64,000 nt of DNA from Thermodesulfovibrionia bacterium (GCA_963699585.1 CAVOUK010000002.1:72811-136810); one strand, 5' to 3'; shown: positions 39,743 to 50,240, numbered from the stretch's first letter. The notes: generated by a model not told the origin, from the letters alone. Numbers and translations: made by a program.

Positions 39743-39771
39743 GTAGGGGCGAACCGGCGGGTCGCCCCTGC
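39743..39771. repeat. REP-like palindrome GTAGGGGCGAaccggcggGTCGCCCCTGC after the GH57 gene (possible terminator stem)
   Basis: 8-bp GC-rich stem; no U-tract. Confidence 0.6.
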
Positions 39772-39786
39772 AATGCGGGGAAACAC

Positions 39787-41301
39787 GTGGAAAAACGAAG
39801 CAGCGGAATTCTTCATCATATTACCTCACTCCCTTCTATTTACGGTATAGGAGACTTTGGATCTGAAGCATATAAATTTGCTGATTTTCTTGCCGAAACC
39901 CATCAAAGTTTCTGGCAGATACTGCCTTTAAATTTGACCTGCACTGCATATGGCAATTCACCGTACAGCAGTTTTTCAGCCTTTGCAGGAAGTCATCTTA
40001 TGATAAGTCCGGAGCGAATGATTAAAGAGGGTTTTTTATCGGAAACCGATTTACCGTCATCTCCGGAATTCCCTAAAGAAAAAGTCGATTATACTGCGGT
40101 TACAGAATATAAAGAAAAAATCTTTTCTACTGCTTTCAAAAAAAACAAAAGCGATCTTCCGGGCCATCAGGATTTTCAGAAATTCTGCAGCGAAAATGCG
40201 CACTGGCTTGATGACTACAGCCTCTTTATGTCCTTTAAAAAACACTTTAAAGGAGCTGAATGGGGCCATTGGCCTGAAGAGTTAAGAGACAGAAAAGAAA
40301 ACGCCGTAAAAGATATATCAAAAACCCTGAAGGACACTATACTGCAGGAGAAATTTCTGCAATACATATTTTTCAATCAATGGTATGCACTTAAAACGTA
40401 TTGCGACAGCATCAACATTAAGATATTCGGTGATATTCCCATATATGTAAATTACGACAGCGCCGATGTATGGTCCCATCCTGACATATTCAGTTTAAAC
40501 AGTGAAAAAAGGCCCCTATTTGTTTCGGGAGTTCCGCCTGATTATTTCAGCGCTACCGGCCAGTTATGGGGGCATCCGGTTTATAAATGGGACCTTCTCA
40601 AAAAAAGCGGATATGCGTGGTGGATAAAACGCATTGAGCACAACCTTAAACTTTTTCACCTGTTCAGGCTGGACCACTTTCGGGGATTTGTCGGATACTG
40701 GGAAGTGCCGGCAGAAGAAAAAACAGCCATAAACGGCAAATGGGTCAAGGCGCCTGCAGAAGATTTCTTTAAAACTCTGCTGAAGCATTTTCCACAGATG
40801 TCGGTAATTGCCGAAGACCTCGGGATCATTACCCCTGACGTAAAAGAGATCATGAAAAAATTTGGATTCCCGGGCATGAAGGTGCTTCTGTTCGCTTTCA
40901 ATGGAGACCCCCGCACAAATCCCTATGCCCCGCACAACCATATTCAAAACTGTGTCGTTTATACGGGGACCCATGATAATAACACTATTAAAGGGTGGTT
41001 CAAGAGGGAACTGGACCACGAAGGCAAAAAAAGGCTTTATGACTATCTGGGAAGAGAAGTTACAGACAAGACCGTGCACCATGAAATAATAAGGCTTGCG
41101 ATGATGTCAGTTGCAAACATGGTGATCATACCTATGCAGGACCTGCTGGGACTCGGGGAAAAAGACCGGATGAATCTGCCTGCAAGCACAAGCGGTAACT
41201 GGGAGTGGAGATTAACGCCTGAGCAAATCACGCCTTCCCTTGTCAAAAGGCTGTCGGAAATGACCACGACATACGGAAGGGGATATGAATCAGGGAGTTA
41301 A
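39787..41301 (+). CDS. malQ: 4-alpha-glucanotransferase (amylomaltase, GH77)
   Basis: SSGILHHITSLPSIYGIGDFGSEAYKFADFLAETHQSFWQILPLN.. typical MalQ N-terminus; apparent GTG start. Confidence 0.9.
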   Translation: MEKRSSGILHHITSLPSIYGIGDFGSEAYKFADFLAETHQSFWQILPLNLTCTAYGNSPYSSFSAFAGSHLMISPERMIKEGFLSETDLPSSPEFPKEKVDYTAVTEYKEKIFSTAFKKNKSDLPGHQDFQKFCSENAHWLDDYSLFMSFKKHFKGAEWGHWPEELRDRKENAVKDISKTLKDTILQEKFLQYIFFNQWYALKTYCDSINIKIFGDIPIYVNYDSADVWSHPDIFSLNSEKRPLFVSGVPPDYFSATGQLWGHPVYKWDLLKKSGYAWWIKRIEHNLKLFHLFRLDHFRGFVGYWEVPAEEKTAINGKWVKAPAEDFFKTLLKHFPQMSVIAEDLGIITPDVKEIMKKFGFPGMKVLLFAFNGDPRTNPYAPHNHIQNCVVYTGTHDNNTIKGWFKRELDHEGKKRLYDYLGREVTDKTVHHEIIRLAMMSVANMVIIPMQDLLGLGEKDRMNLPASTSGNWEWRLTPEQITPSLVKRLSEMTTTYGRGYESGS

Positions 41302-41340
41302 AGAAAATAAAAACTGTTCAGGTTCTTTTTTCCTGTTCCT

Positions 41341-41739
41341 CTATTGAGATCTATCGCTGTTGAGCCTGTTCACTATAGAAGCGACTTTTTTGACCAGATT
41401 ATCGACCTTGAAGGGTTTCAAAATATAGGCATCTGCCCCTAACTGTATCGCTTTTTTCAGGCTTTCCCCGTCACTGTCGGCAGACATTAATATAAGAGGG
41501 GTTTTTTTCAATTTTTCGTGGTTTCTTAACCACTCCAGCAGGGTAATTCCGTCAAGCATCGGCATTTCCTTTTCATAAATTATAAGATCATAGCTGGTAC
41601 TATCCAGTCTCTGCTGGATGTTCTTCCCGTTATTTGCCATTTCAGTAACAACACCCGGGAAATGATCTTCCAGCGCATACTTGATAAATTGCCTTAAAGA
41701 TGCCGTACTGTCAGCAATCAATACCCTTAGTTTATTCAT
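41341..41739 (-). CDS. Stand-alone receiver-domain protein with a non-canonical phospho-acceptor site
   Basis: CheY-like fold motifs (..PLILMSADS.., YILKPF). Aligned to CheY, D57 is Glu (DLIIYEKEMPMLDG) and D13 is Ser (VLIADSTA). Confidence 0.8.
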   Translation of the reverse strand: MNKLRVLIADSTASLRQFIKYALEDHFPGVVTEMANNGKNIQQRLDSTSYDLIIYEKEMPMLDGITLLEWLRNHEKLKKTPLILMSADSDGESLKKAIQLGADAYILKPFKVDNLVKKVASIVNRLNSDRSQ

Positions 41740-41762
41740 AGTCAGTCTAAATTATAAATCAA

Positions 41763-42800
41763 TTAAAGCCTGTTAATCTCATCAATAAGATTTCTCAGTC
41801 TTGCGAAGTCCTTTAAATTAAAATCCAGTACAAGTCTTGGCAGATGCGCAATTTCTGTTTCATTCTCTTCTTCAGGCAGAGGACCAGAAAGATAGATTTT
41901 GCCCCCTGGCAAAAGAATATCACAAAACTGCTTATTCAGTTCATGGACAGATGAATCGTCTATCAGGGATGAAAGACGTAAAACCGTTTTCTTGCCTACA
42001 TACCGCAAACTGTGGTAACGCCTGTAAAAAAGATTTATCCTTGCGACCGCTTCATCCACAGAATCAACACATTCAAATAAATCAAAATCGGTTTTACAGA
42101 TATAGTCCTGATCAAGCAGCTCTTTTTCGAGAAACTCTTTAAAACGTTTCCAGTAAGTCCCTTCCCCCGGCTCGTCAACGAGGACCAAAGGCAGCGGGTT
42201 ATGTTTTCCTGTCTGCAGGAGTGTGAGTGTTTCCATCGCTTCATCCAGTGTGCCGAAGCCCCCGGGGAAAAGCGCAACCGCATCAGCTTCCTTAAGAAAA
42301 GCCACCTTCCGGTTAAAGAAATATTTGTATGTTATAAGGCGGGGATTTCCCATCACAACAGGATTTGGTTTCTGCTCAAACGGGAGTGAAATGTTCACAC
42401 CGAAGGAATGCCCGGGCCCGGCCCCTTCATTGACCGCATGCATGATCCCGCCTCCGCCTCCGGTAATGACCATGTAACCTGCCCCGGCAAGTTTCTTCCC
42501 GAATTGCCGGGCTATCTTGTATATTGGTTCGTCAGGCTGCGTCCGGGCAGAACCAAAGACCGTGACCTTCCTGACGGTGCGGTACGGCCCGAATATTTTA
42601 CCCGTAAACCTCATCTCCTTCATGGTAGTATTCATGAACTTCATGTCAGCCCTGTTATTGTCCTCCTGTCCGGCCTTTAAAGCAGCCAGGATCATTTCCC
42701 GCACAATATCCTGATATTTAATGCCACCGGCAACTTTGATCAATTCATCAACAGCGTCATCGACCGGGCCGTTGGTCCTTGTAAAATGGATCTCTCTCAT
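41763..42800 (-). CDS. LOG-family (TIGR00730-type) nucleotide phosphoribohydrolase-like protein with a C-terminal extension
   Basis: VTVFGSARTQPDEPIY.., GYMVITGGGGGIMHAVNEGA, PGGFGTLDEAMETLTLLQTGK. Confidence 0.8.
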   Translation of the reverse strand: MREIHFTRTNGPVDDAVDELIKVAGGIKYQDIVREMILAALKAGQEDNNRADMKFMNTTMKEMRFTGKIFGPYRTVRKVTVFGSARTQPDEPIYKIARQFGKKLAGAGYMVITGGGGGIMHAVNEGAGPGHSFGVNISLPFEQKPNPVVMGNPRLITYKYFFNRKVAFLKEADAVALFPGGFGTLDEAMETLTLLQTGKHNPLPLVLVDEPGEGTYWKRFKEFLEKELLDQDYICKTDFDLFECVDSVDEAVARINLFYRRYHSLRYVGKKTVLRLSSLIDDSSVHELNKQFCDILLPGGKIYLSGPLPEEENETEIAHLPRLVLDFNLKDFARLRNLIDEINRL

Positions 42801-42897
42801 CTCAGTAAAATCTCCTCAGAAATTTATTTTTACTTTTCTTATCGGAAAAAACAGACAATTAAATAAGAATTATATATTAACAGGTTTTAATAAGCAG

Positions 42898-43432
42898 TTA
42901 AAAGGAAGAAGAAACATCCCCCTTAATTATCTTTTCAAGCGCCCCTGACCAGACTTCATATCCCTTATCGCTCAGATGTACTCCATCATTAAGTAAATAG
43001 TCCCTGATCGGCCTGCCCTGATCATCAATAAAAAGTTTATGTAAATCCATAAATTCCACCCTCATCTCTTCGGCAAGGGCCTTTATCGCTTTATTCACGC
43101 TCAGGATGGATTTATTGTCTATAAAATCCACGAGGACCGGTAACAGGCTGTGAATAAACACCTTTGCTTTTGGATAAGCAGCGGACAGTTTTGAAATGAT
43201 CCGCCTGTAGGAATCAAAGAAATCAAAGTCCTCCATCGCAATGTTATTTATCCCTGTCATAATAAATATAAGTTCAGGCCCAGTATATGCCTTTATTATT
43301 CCGTCAAGCCTGAAAAGCAGCCCCTCCACTGATTCTCCGGCCATTGCCAAGATTCACAGCAGTGTGACCGGGAAACCGCTTTTGCCAGTCAAAAAATTCA
43401 ATCAGTGAATGTCCGAGAAAAAGAATGTTCAT
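42898..43432 (-). CDS. SGNH/GDSL-like hydrolase; one frame break near 43345-43360
   Basis: An upstream frame gives MNILFLGHSLIEFFDWQKRFPGHTAVNLG.. (block I, GHSL variant) joining ..AGESVEGLLFRL..IFIMTGINNI..NDGVHLSDKGYEVW; span 535 nt (3n+1). Confidence 0.7.
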
Positions 43433-43674
43433 GCTGCTGGATCATAGAACACTACCGGCATAATATCTCACCTTTATTCATAATGTATCATAAACTTTCA
43501 TTGAGCCAATTTCTACATGTAATTTTTTTTTGAAACTCTCCGCGGCAAGCCGCGGGAGATTCTACAAAGACTTTGCTAAAAAAAGCTTGGTCATTATGAT
43601 CTCCTATAACTATTCTTATTGATCTGTGACTTCAATTACATCGCTTCCTGCATTTATACAGCATTATTATAAGT

Positions 43675-45123
43675 ATGGCTGCATGTAAAAGATATCAGGA
43701 TTATTTCAAAGTTAACTATAATTCATTTTTCTGCTTATCGTTTCTGTTGATAATTCTGGGATGCGGGGGCGGAGGCGGCTCAGGGAGTGAAAGTGTCGGG
43801 ACCATAGGTAATAATTTATCATTTCAGCAAACATGTAAGTACCCTCCTATGGTCAACACGCTGTCTCCTTTTAATAGTCCTGCAATCCCTCAATTCCCAA
43901 CAATAATTTCCTATGGGAACAAATACCATGTTGATAAAGACAGGGGTAGTAATTCAAATGATGGTTCTTCTCGAAATCCGTGGGCAACGCTCCAATACGG
44001 TGTTAATCAATTGACTGCAGGTGATACGCTTATTGTTCATGAGGCATCAACCGGATATGACGAATGGGTGTATATTGCAAATGCCGGTACGAATGATAAT
44101 TGGATAACGATAAAGGGCGCTGATGGGGAAAAAGTAATATTGCAAGGCAGACTAACATTTAATAGTACTGCGGAATACATTCTATTCAAGAATATCGATA
44201 TAAAAGGAGCACTTTGGGACTTAGTAGATTTTTCAACTGATTCCCATCATTTAGCTATCGATGAAGTAGAGATTAATTGCCAAAGCAGTACTGATAATTA
44301 TACCGGAATATGGGTATCGGATGGTGTTAATAATGTCTGGTTCCGGAAGATGGATATTCATCATTGCGGGTATAATAAGACGAATCCGACTGATTGCAGC
44401 GGAATTTGTATGAAGCAAGATGGAATTAGCGATATAACTCTGATTAAAGTTACAGCCAAAGACAATAAAGGAGATGGGTTCGGTACAGACAGTTCATTGA
44501 CAGGTACAGATAACCATTATAAAGTTCAATCAGTATTCTTTGATCGTTGCACGGCAAATAACAATACCGGAGATGGGTTTGATATCGTCGCCGAACTGGC
44601 AGTCATTAATAATTCTTTATCCTTTGATAATGGGAATGATCAGGGAGCTGGATTTAAGTTGTGGACTCAAGAGGCGTGGATGACCAATTGCCTTGCTTAT
44701 AATAATGCTTATGAGGCAGTATTATACAGGCCGCTTAAAAACGATAGTGACCTCTATATTTTAAACTGCACTTTTGTGGGAGACAACCGAGGCCGTGGGT
44801 ACAGTGGAGAGCTCAGGAATGCAATAGGTGATGGCACTTATGGTACAAACAAGGTATATCTCTATAATAATATATTTTATGCTATTGACACTCAAGAAGC
44901 CATTATCTTTGAGGACATATCTAAACAGACACTCGCAGGAGAGGACAATAATTACTATTTCTCTGCTACTGATGTTATTGCCTTTCGTTTAAAAGACAAT
45001 TTGGTTGTTGACAGGTCTTACACTATCAGCGAGATGGGTAATGGGAAGTGGTATGCATCAGAAGGTTTTGGTGAGCATGATATGGGTAAAATATTGGATG
45101 GAGATAGCTGTCAACTTAATTAA
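43675..45123 (+). CDS. Lipoprotein with right-handed parallel beta-helix (PbH1) repeats
   Basis: Lipobox ..LLIILGC followed by a G/S linker; repeated ..NKGDGFGTD.., NNTGDGFDI.., NDQGAGFKL.. turns typical of pectate-lyase-fold beta-helices. Confidence 0.65.
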   Translation: MAACKRYQDYFKVNYNSFFCLSFLLIILGCGGGGGSGSESVGTIGNNLSFQQTCKYPPMVNTLSPFNSPAIPQFPTIISYGNKYHVDKDRGSNSNDGSSRNPWATLQYGVNQLTAGDTLIVHEASTGYDEWVYIANAGTNDNWITIKGADGEKVILQGRLTFNSTAEYILFKNIDIKGALWDLVDFSTDSHHLAIDEVEINCQSSTDNYTGIWVSDGVNNVWFRKMDIHHCGYNKTNPTDCSGICMKQDGISDITLIKVTAKDNKGDGFGTDSSLTGTDNHYKVQSVFFDRCTANNNTGDGFDIVAELAVINNSLSFDNGNDQGAGFKLWTQEAWMTNCLAYNNAYEAVLYRPLKNDSDLYILNCTFVGDNRGRGYSGELRNAIGDGTYGTNKVYLYNNIFYAIDTQEAIIFEDISKQTLAGEDNNYYFSATDVIAFRLKDNLVVDRSYTISEMGNGKWYASEGFGEHDMGKILDGDSCQLN

Positions 45124-45161
45124 ATTCTTTTAAGCCTCTGCTCCTCAGCGGCGATATATTT

Positions 45162-45533
45162 TTAGAAAAAGAAGGCAATCTCTTTTGATGGCTTTTCCAA
45201 AAGTTGCAATCCTACTCTATTCCTGTCATTACCGGGCGGTATTTTACTTGACCATATTATCATGCATTTCAAAATGACTGTCTCTCCTGCAGGAGATTCA
45301 AATTTCAGATCTGATAATTCATCAGGCACAAAATTAAGTTCAGGGTCCAGCGGGTCCGTTAACACATTTGCTCCCGACCATGAAATATTTTCTATAACCC
45401 CGGGATAGCTGTTATTTCTGTAAAGAATTTCCGTCCTGTATTTGCCTGCAACTCGTTCAGAATTTCTATTTTCCATTTTCTGCTCGATCCCCTTTTCTAT
45501 CCAAGTATAAATATGTAGGGCCGGAAAATACAA
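45162..45533 (-). CDS. PilZ-domain (c-di-GMP binding) protein
   Basis: RNSER (RxxxR) followed by ENISWSG (D/NxSxxG); the likely true start is MENRNSER at 45476. Confidence 0.65.
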   Translation of the reverse strand: MYFPALHIYTWIEKGIEQKMENRNSERVAGKYRTEILYRNNSYPGVIENISWSGANVLTDPLDPELNFVPDELSDLKFESPAGETVILKCMIIWSSKIPPGNDRNRVGLQLLEKPSKEIAFFF

Positions 45534-45891
45534 GAGCGCGGAAGGGCGTGAACTCGTAAGTTCAGTGCTTTTGTACTTTTCATCTTAATTCCTCTCTAGA
45601 GGGGTTAGGGGTGTGTTCCAATCTGTTGCATTGCTGCCTGATAATTAAAGCGTCAAAACGATGACAAATTTAAATGATTGTCTTAATAAAACAGATCAGG
45701 AAATTAGTAAGATAATTTTAATCACGTTAAAATAATCCTTAAAAATCAGCACGATTAACAAGTTACAATTTGCAGCTCTCCAGTATTCTTTAATCATTTC
45801 TTCATTGAAAAACCTTTGGCAAAGTATTTGCAATATCCAATTGATGTTCTTTACAGAGAATAAACCTGCGGGAACCGGCAGGAGGAAAAAA

Positions 45892-48800
45892 ATGAGCAGT
45901 AACATACGATCGTTATTGTATGCAGTGTTTTTAGTTCCTGTTTTCCTGATTGGTGGTGTCTTTGCAGATAGAGCAGAGGCAGTGACTCCTCAGATAGCAG
46001 CAGGATACTTTCACTCCCTTGCCTTAAAGTCAGACGGAACGTTATGGGCGTGGGGATTTAATGGCTACGGCCAATTGGGAGACGGCACAACAACTAATAG
46101 TAATTCCCAAAAACAGATCGGCTCTGACAATAATTGGGTTTCAGTTGCAGCAGGATACTTTCACAACCTTGCCTTAAAATCAGACGGAACATTATGGGCG
46201 TGGGGAAGTAATTTATCCGGCCAATTGGGAGACGGCACAACAACGATCAGTAATTCCCCGAAACAAATCGGCTCTGACAATAATTGGGTTTCAATTGCAG
46301 GAGGATACTATCACACCCTTGCCTTAAAATCAGACGGAACATTATGGGCGTGGGGATATAATGGCTACGGCCAATTGGGAGACGGCACAACAAGTAACAG
46401 TAATTCACCAAAACAGATCGGCTCTGATAACAATTGGGTTTCAATTAAAGCAGGATACTTACACACCATTGCCTTAAAATCAAACGGAACGTTATGGGCG
46501 TGGGGATATAATGGCTACGGCCAATTGGGAGACGGCACAACAACTAACAGTAATTCCCCAAAACAGATCGGCTCTGACAACAAGTGGGTTTCATTTGCAT
46601 GCAGGAGAGGGGCACACCCTTGCCTTAAAATCAGACGGAACGTTATGGGCATGGGGAAATAACGCTAATGGGCAATTGGGAGACGGCACAATAACTAACA
46701 GTAAATCCCCAAAACAGATCGGCTCTGACAACAAGTGGGTTTCAATTGCAGCAGGATACTATTACACCCTTGCCTTAAAATCAGACAGAACGTTATGGGC
46801 GTGGGGATATAATGGTTACGGCCAATTGGGAGACGGGACAATAACCAACAGTAATTCCCCAAAACAGATCGGCTCTGACAGGAATTGGGTTGCAATTGCA
46901 GCAGGAGACTATCACTCCCTTGCCTTAAAATCAGACGAAACGTTATGGGCATGGGGATATAACGATAACGGCCAATTGGGTGTCTGTACAACGAACAATA
47001 AAACTTCACCTGTTCAGATACAGTGCGATCTATTGGCCGATCTCATCATACAGAGCATTACCACAGATCCAGTAAATCCAGGAGTCGGACAGACTGTAAC
47101 TGTAACAGTGACAGTGAAAAATCAGGGCACTCTTGCATCAGGGCAGTTTAATGTAGATTTTTATAAGGACCTGCCTACAGGTGTAACTCCAAATCCTCCT
47201 GGTGACAGTGAAGACTTCTGGTGCACATTTGCCAGTCTGCCTGCAGGGACAACAGATTCCTCCTGCACCAAAAGTGTAACTTATGCTGATGCAGACACGT
47301 ATAACATGTGGGCTTTTGCGGATGCTGCAAAAAATGTTTCTGAATTCATTGAGATCAATAACGTCTATGGTCCTCAGGCTATCACTGTATGTGATCTTAA
47401 TTCTTATTACTACGATGCAGACGCTGACGGTTATGGTGATCCTGACAGTCCAAAACAGGCATGTTATCAGCCTTTGGGCTATGTAACAAATTCTGTGGAT
47501 TGTGATGACACTGATCCGACCATCAACCCCTACGCTGTTGAGATGTGCGACAATAAGGACAACGACTGTGACGGTCAGACTGATGAAGATATTGCCTCAA
47601 TACCGACCACCTGCGGAGTTGGTGAATGTACAAGAACAGGGAACAATATCTGTACAAACGGATCATGGATCAATTCTTGTACCCCCGGAGAACCGGTAGA
47701 AGAAGTCTGTGACAACAAAGACAACAATTGCGACGGAACAATTGACAATGGGCTTACCCGTCCAACTGCCTGCGGAGCAGGAGTTTGTTCAGCAACAGGC
47801 ACGGAAACATGCTCTGCCGGCACATGGGGCAATGATACATGCATTGTAAAACTGCCTGTTGACGAAATATGTAACAACATAGATGATGATTGCGATGGCA
47901 TAATTGACAATGGCCTTACCCGTCCAACTGCCTGCGGAGCAGGAGTTTGTTCAGCAACAGGCACGGAGACATGCTCTGCCGGCACATGGGGCAATGATAC
48001 ATGCACAGCAAAACTGCCTGTTGACGAAATATGTAACAACATAGACGATGATTGCGATGGCATAATTGACAATGGGCTTACCCGTCCAACTGCCTGCGAA
48101 GCAGGCGCCTGTTCAGCAACAGGCACGGAGACATGCTCTGCCGGTTTATGGGGCAATGATACATGCATTGTAAAACTGCCTGTTGACGAAATATGTAACA
48201 ACATTGACGATGATTGCGATGGCATAATTGACAATGGCCTTACCCGTCCAACTGCCTGCGGAGCAGGTTCCTGTTCAGCAACAGGCACGGAGACATGCTC
48301 TGCCGGTTTATGGGGCAATGATACATGCACAGTAAAACTGCCTGTTGACGATACATGCAACAATATAGATGATGATTGCGATGGTCAGGTCGATGAGGAC
48401 TATATCCCGATACCTATCAGTTGCGGACAAGGTGTATGTGCCGCAGACGGGCTGTTGATCTGTCAGGACGGACAAGAAAGCAGCACATGTATTAACAAAC
48501 TGCCAACAGAAAATATTGAAACTACATGTAATGATAATGCAGACAACGATTGTGACGGTTTTACAGACGGAAACGACCCAAACTGTTCCATTACATCCGA
48601 CTTAGCGGTCAGTTCCGTAAGCAAACCTCCCGTAAAAAAGAGACGAGGGAAGAGTTTTAACGTTAAAGCCGGGATAAACAATAAAGGAATTGGAGCAGCG
48701 GATAAAGAATTTACAATAGGGTATTATCTTTCAAAGAATAAGGATACGCTTATAAACAAAGATGCTGATATTTTACTGACTGATGATATTATTGTGTCAT

Positions 48801-48970
48801 TGTTGCCTGCAGGAGCAGGTTCAAAAGGAAAAACAAAGGTCAATATCCCTATGGATACGCCTAAAGGCAAGTACTATGTAAAGGTCTGTGCAGACAACAG
48901 GAATGATATAGCAGAAACAAATGAAGATAATAATTGCAGAACATCAGCTAACAAAATAAAAGTTAAATAA
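45892..48970 (+). CDS. Large secreted protein: 7-blade RCC1-like propeller + CARDB + ~7 MopE-type Cys/Asp repeats + CARDB; one frame break (extra T at 46600)
   Basis: AGGAGG RBS and signal peptide [30 protein letters not shown]; repeated [26 protein letters not shown]; [14 protein letters not shown]-type motifs; CARDB-like [20 protein letters not shown] and [11 protein letters not shown]..; ORFs 45805..46662 and 46511..48970 join; span 3079 nt (3n+1). Confidence 0.85.
45997..47030 (+). repeat. Seven tandem 150-bp coding repeats (RCC1 blades) with high nucleotide identity
   Basis: Units start at 45997, 46147, 46297, 46447, 46597, 46748 and 46898; long identical runs such as CCTTGCCTTAAAATCAGACGGAAC.TTATGGGCGTGGGGA. 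Confidence 0.85.
47708..48355 (+). repeat. Four tandem 162-bp coding repeats (54-aa MopE-type modules), near-identical
   Basis: Units start at 47708, 47870, 48032 and 48194; only scattered substitutions between copies. Confidence 0.9.
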
Positions 48971-49829
48971 TTGAGACAGAAACCGATCCTCTCAAAGCTT
49001 CAAGCTGGGCGCCTGCGCTGTATGAGAAATTGATATGAATTTTATCATCCTTCTCCACCTTGATCGGTGCAGGTAATGGAACAATAAGATGCTGGTTGCT
49101 CCAGTCAACGGTGTTTTTTTCAGTAACAAGTACAAGAATAATATTTTTGGTTATGAAACGAAGTGCGTTCAGTAATCCCGAAGCATTAATAGTGATGATC
49201 CCATCCCATGAGAACTGCTCCGGGAAATTTTCACTGTACTGGATTATTTGATAAACAAACGGATCGCCGAGCCCTAAGGTTTTATTTTGTTCACCATACG
49301 GATCTTGAAAGAAGATTGTCGGGGCATAGTAGCCGAAGAAGTCAAAGGACTGCTGCACAGGCTGGGCTGCCAAAATTGCGGCTTCCGGCACAAACAGGGG
49401 CAGTGATGTATTGAATCTTTCCATATAGCGCTTTTTGAAGGATGAAATGACCTGTATCTGTTTCTCCCGAAGCAAACCTACATGAAGCATCTCACAGATA
49501 AGGACATCCACCGGTTCCGGGGGGAGATACTCATAGGCATCGGCTTCTATTACCTCTATGTTTTCAGTACCCGGATTGAGGGCCAGGATCCTTTTGGCCT
49601 CTCTTGATAATTCAGGATTCTTTTCCACACACCAAACCTTGGACGCATGTCTTGAGGCAAAGAATGACAGGACCCCTGTTCCGCCTCCAAGTTCCAGAAC
49701 GCGCGCTCCGGGCTGGACAGCTCTTTCAATTGCAATTTTGAATGCAGTCATCTTGTTAGAGTCATTCAGCATATTATAGTGATAATGGAGAGGAATAAAC
49801 TGGCCGAGGTATTGACTGTCTTCTGTCAT
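48963..49829 (-). CDS. Class I SAM-dependent methyltransferase resembling protein arginine N-methyltransferases (PRMT-like)
   Basis: [24 protein letters not shown] (PRMT-type HxxMLxDxxR..Y..AI), motif [13 protein letters not shown], double-E-like [14 protein letters not shown]; converges on the RCC1 gene and overlaps it by 8 nt. Confidence 0.65.
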   Translation of the reverse strand: MTEDSQYLGQFIPLHYHYNMLNDSNKMTAFKIAIERAVQPGARVLELGGGTGVLSFFASRHASKVWCVEKNPELSREAKRILALNPGTENIEVIEADAYEYLPPEPVDVLICEMLHVGLLREKQIQVISSFKKRYMERFNTSLPLFVPEAAILAAQPVQQSFDFFGYYAPTIFFQDPYGEQNKTLGLGDPFVYQIIQYSENFPEQFSWDGIITINASGLLNALRFITKNIILVLVTEKNTVDWSNQHLIVPLPAPIKVEKDDKIHINFSYSAGAQLEALRGSVSVSII

Positions 49830-49890
49830 AAGATATAAATATGATACGCCACGATAACGTGAAAGCGCAACCTTAAAACAGCAACAGATT

Positions 49891-49946
49891 CAAGCTTGCC
49901 AGCTTGCCAGCTTGCACGCTTTCCAGCTTTCAAGTTTGCACGCTCC
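49891..49946 (+). repeat. Phased-octamer tract, 7 units
   Basis: CAAGCTTG CCAGCTTG CCAGCTTG CACGCTTT CCAGCTTT CAAGTTTG CACGCTCC. Confidence 0.85.
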
Positions 49947-50240
49947 TGTCCCGGCGACAAAGGCTATGATTCAGGATCAAAAAGAGGTATAATATAAGTA
50001 GAAGACTGTGCGATAGCCTGGGATAAATTGAACTAAGAACCGGGTAGATCGGTTAGTGAGCGGTAGGCGACGGTGGAAAAACACCTTATCACTCACATAA
50101 AAGTTCCAGGGTTCAACCCTGCCAGGACATCGCAATTTTTAATAGAGCCATCTTAAGACAAGGCGCCACGCTGTTTTACGTGACATAAGGTGGATGCAGC
50201 TGTAACAAAGTCATCCAAGGAAGCTGTCTTAAAGATGACT

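Noticed and set aside
45805-45891. Upstream start (45805) for the RCC1 protein, as given by the ORF track
   Set aside because: The first 29 codons have no RBS and no signal-peptide character. ATG 45892 has an AGGAGG RBS 7 nt upstream and is followed by a classical signal peptide.
47575-48363. 262-aa minus-strand ORF, and similar long antisense ORFs (for example 17943..18521, 26017..26604, 40564..41082, 15659..16126, 30997..31389, 31684..32118)
   Set aside because: Each lies entirely antisense to a gene with strong family motifs, and its translation is low-complexity or repeat-driven. They are shadow ORFs, not genes.
50036-50135. tRNA- or tmRNA-like element suggested by CCAGGGTTCAACCCTGG
   Set aside because: The hairpin has a 5-nt loop rather than a 7-nt T-loop. 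No complementary acceptor strand (GTCCTGG) lies upstream, and there is no CCA end and no D or anticodon arms.
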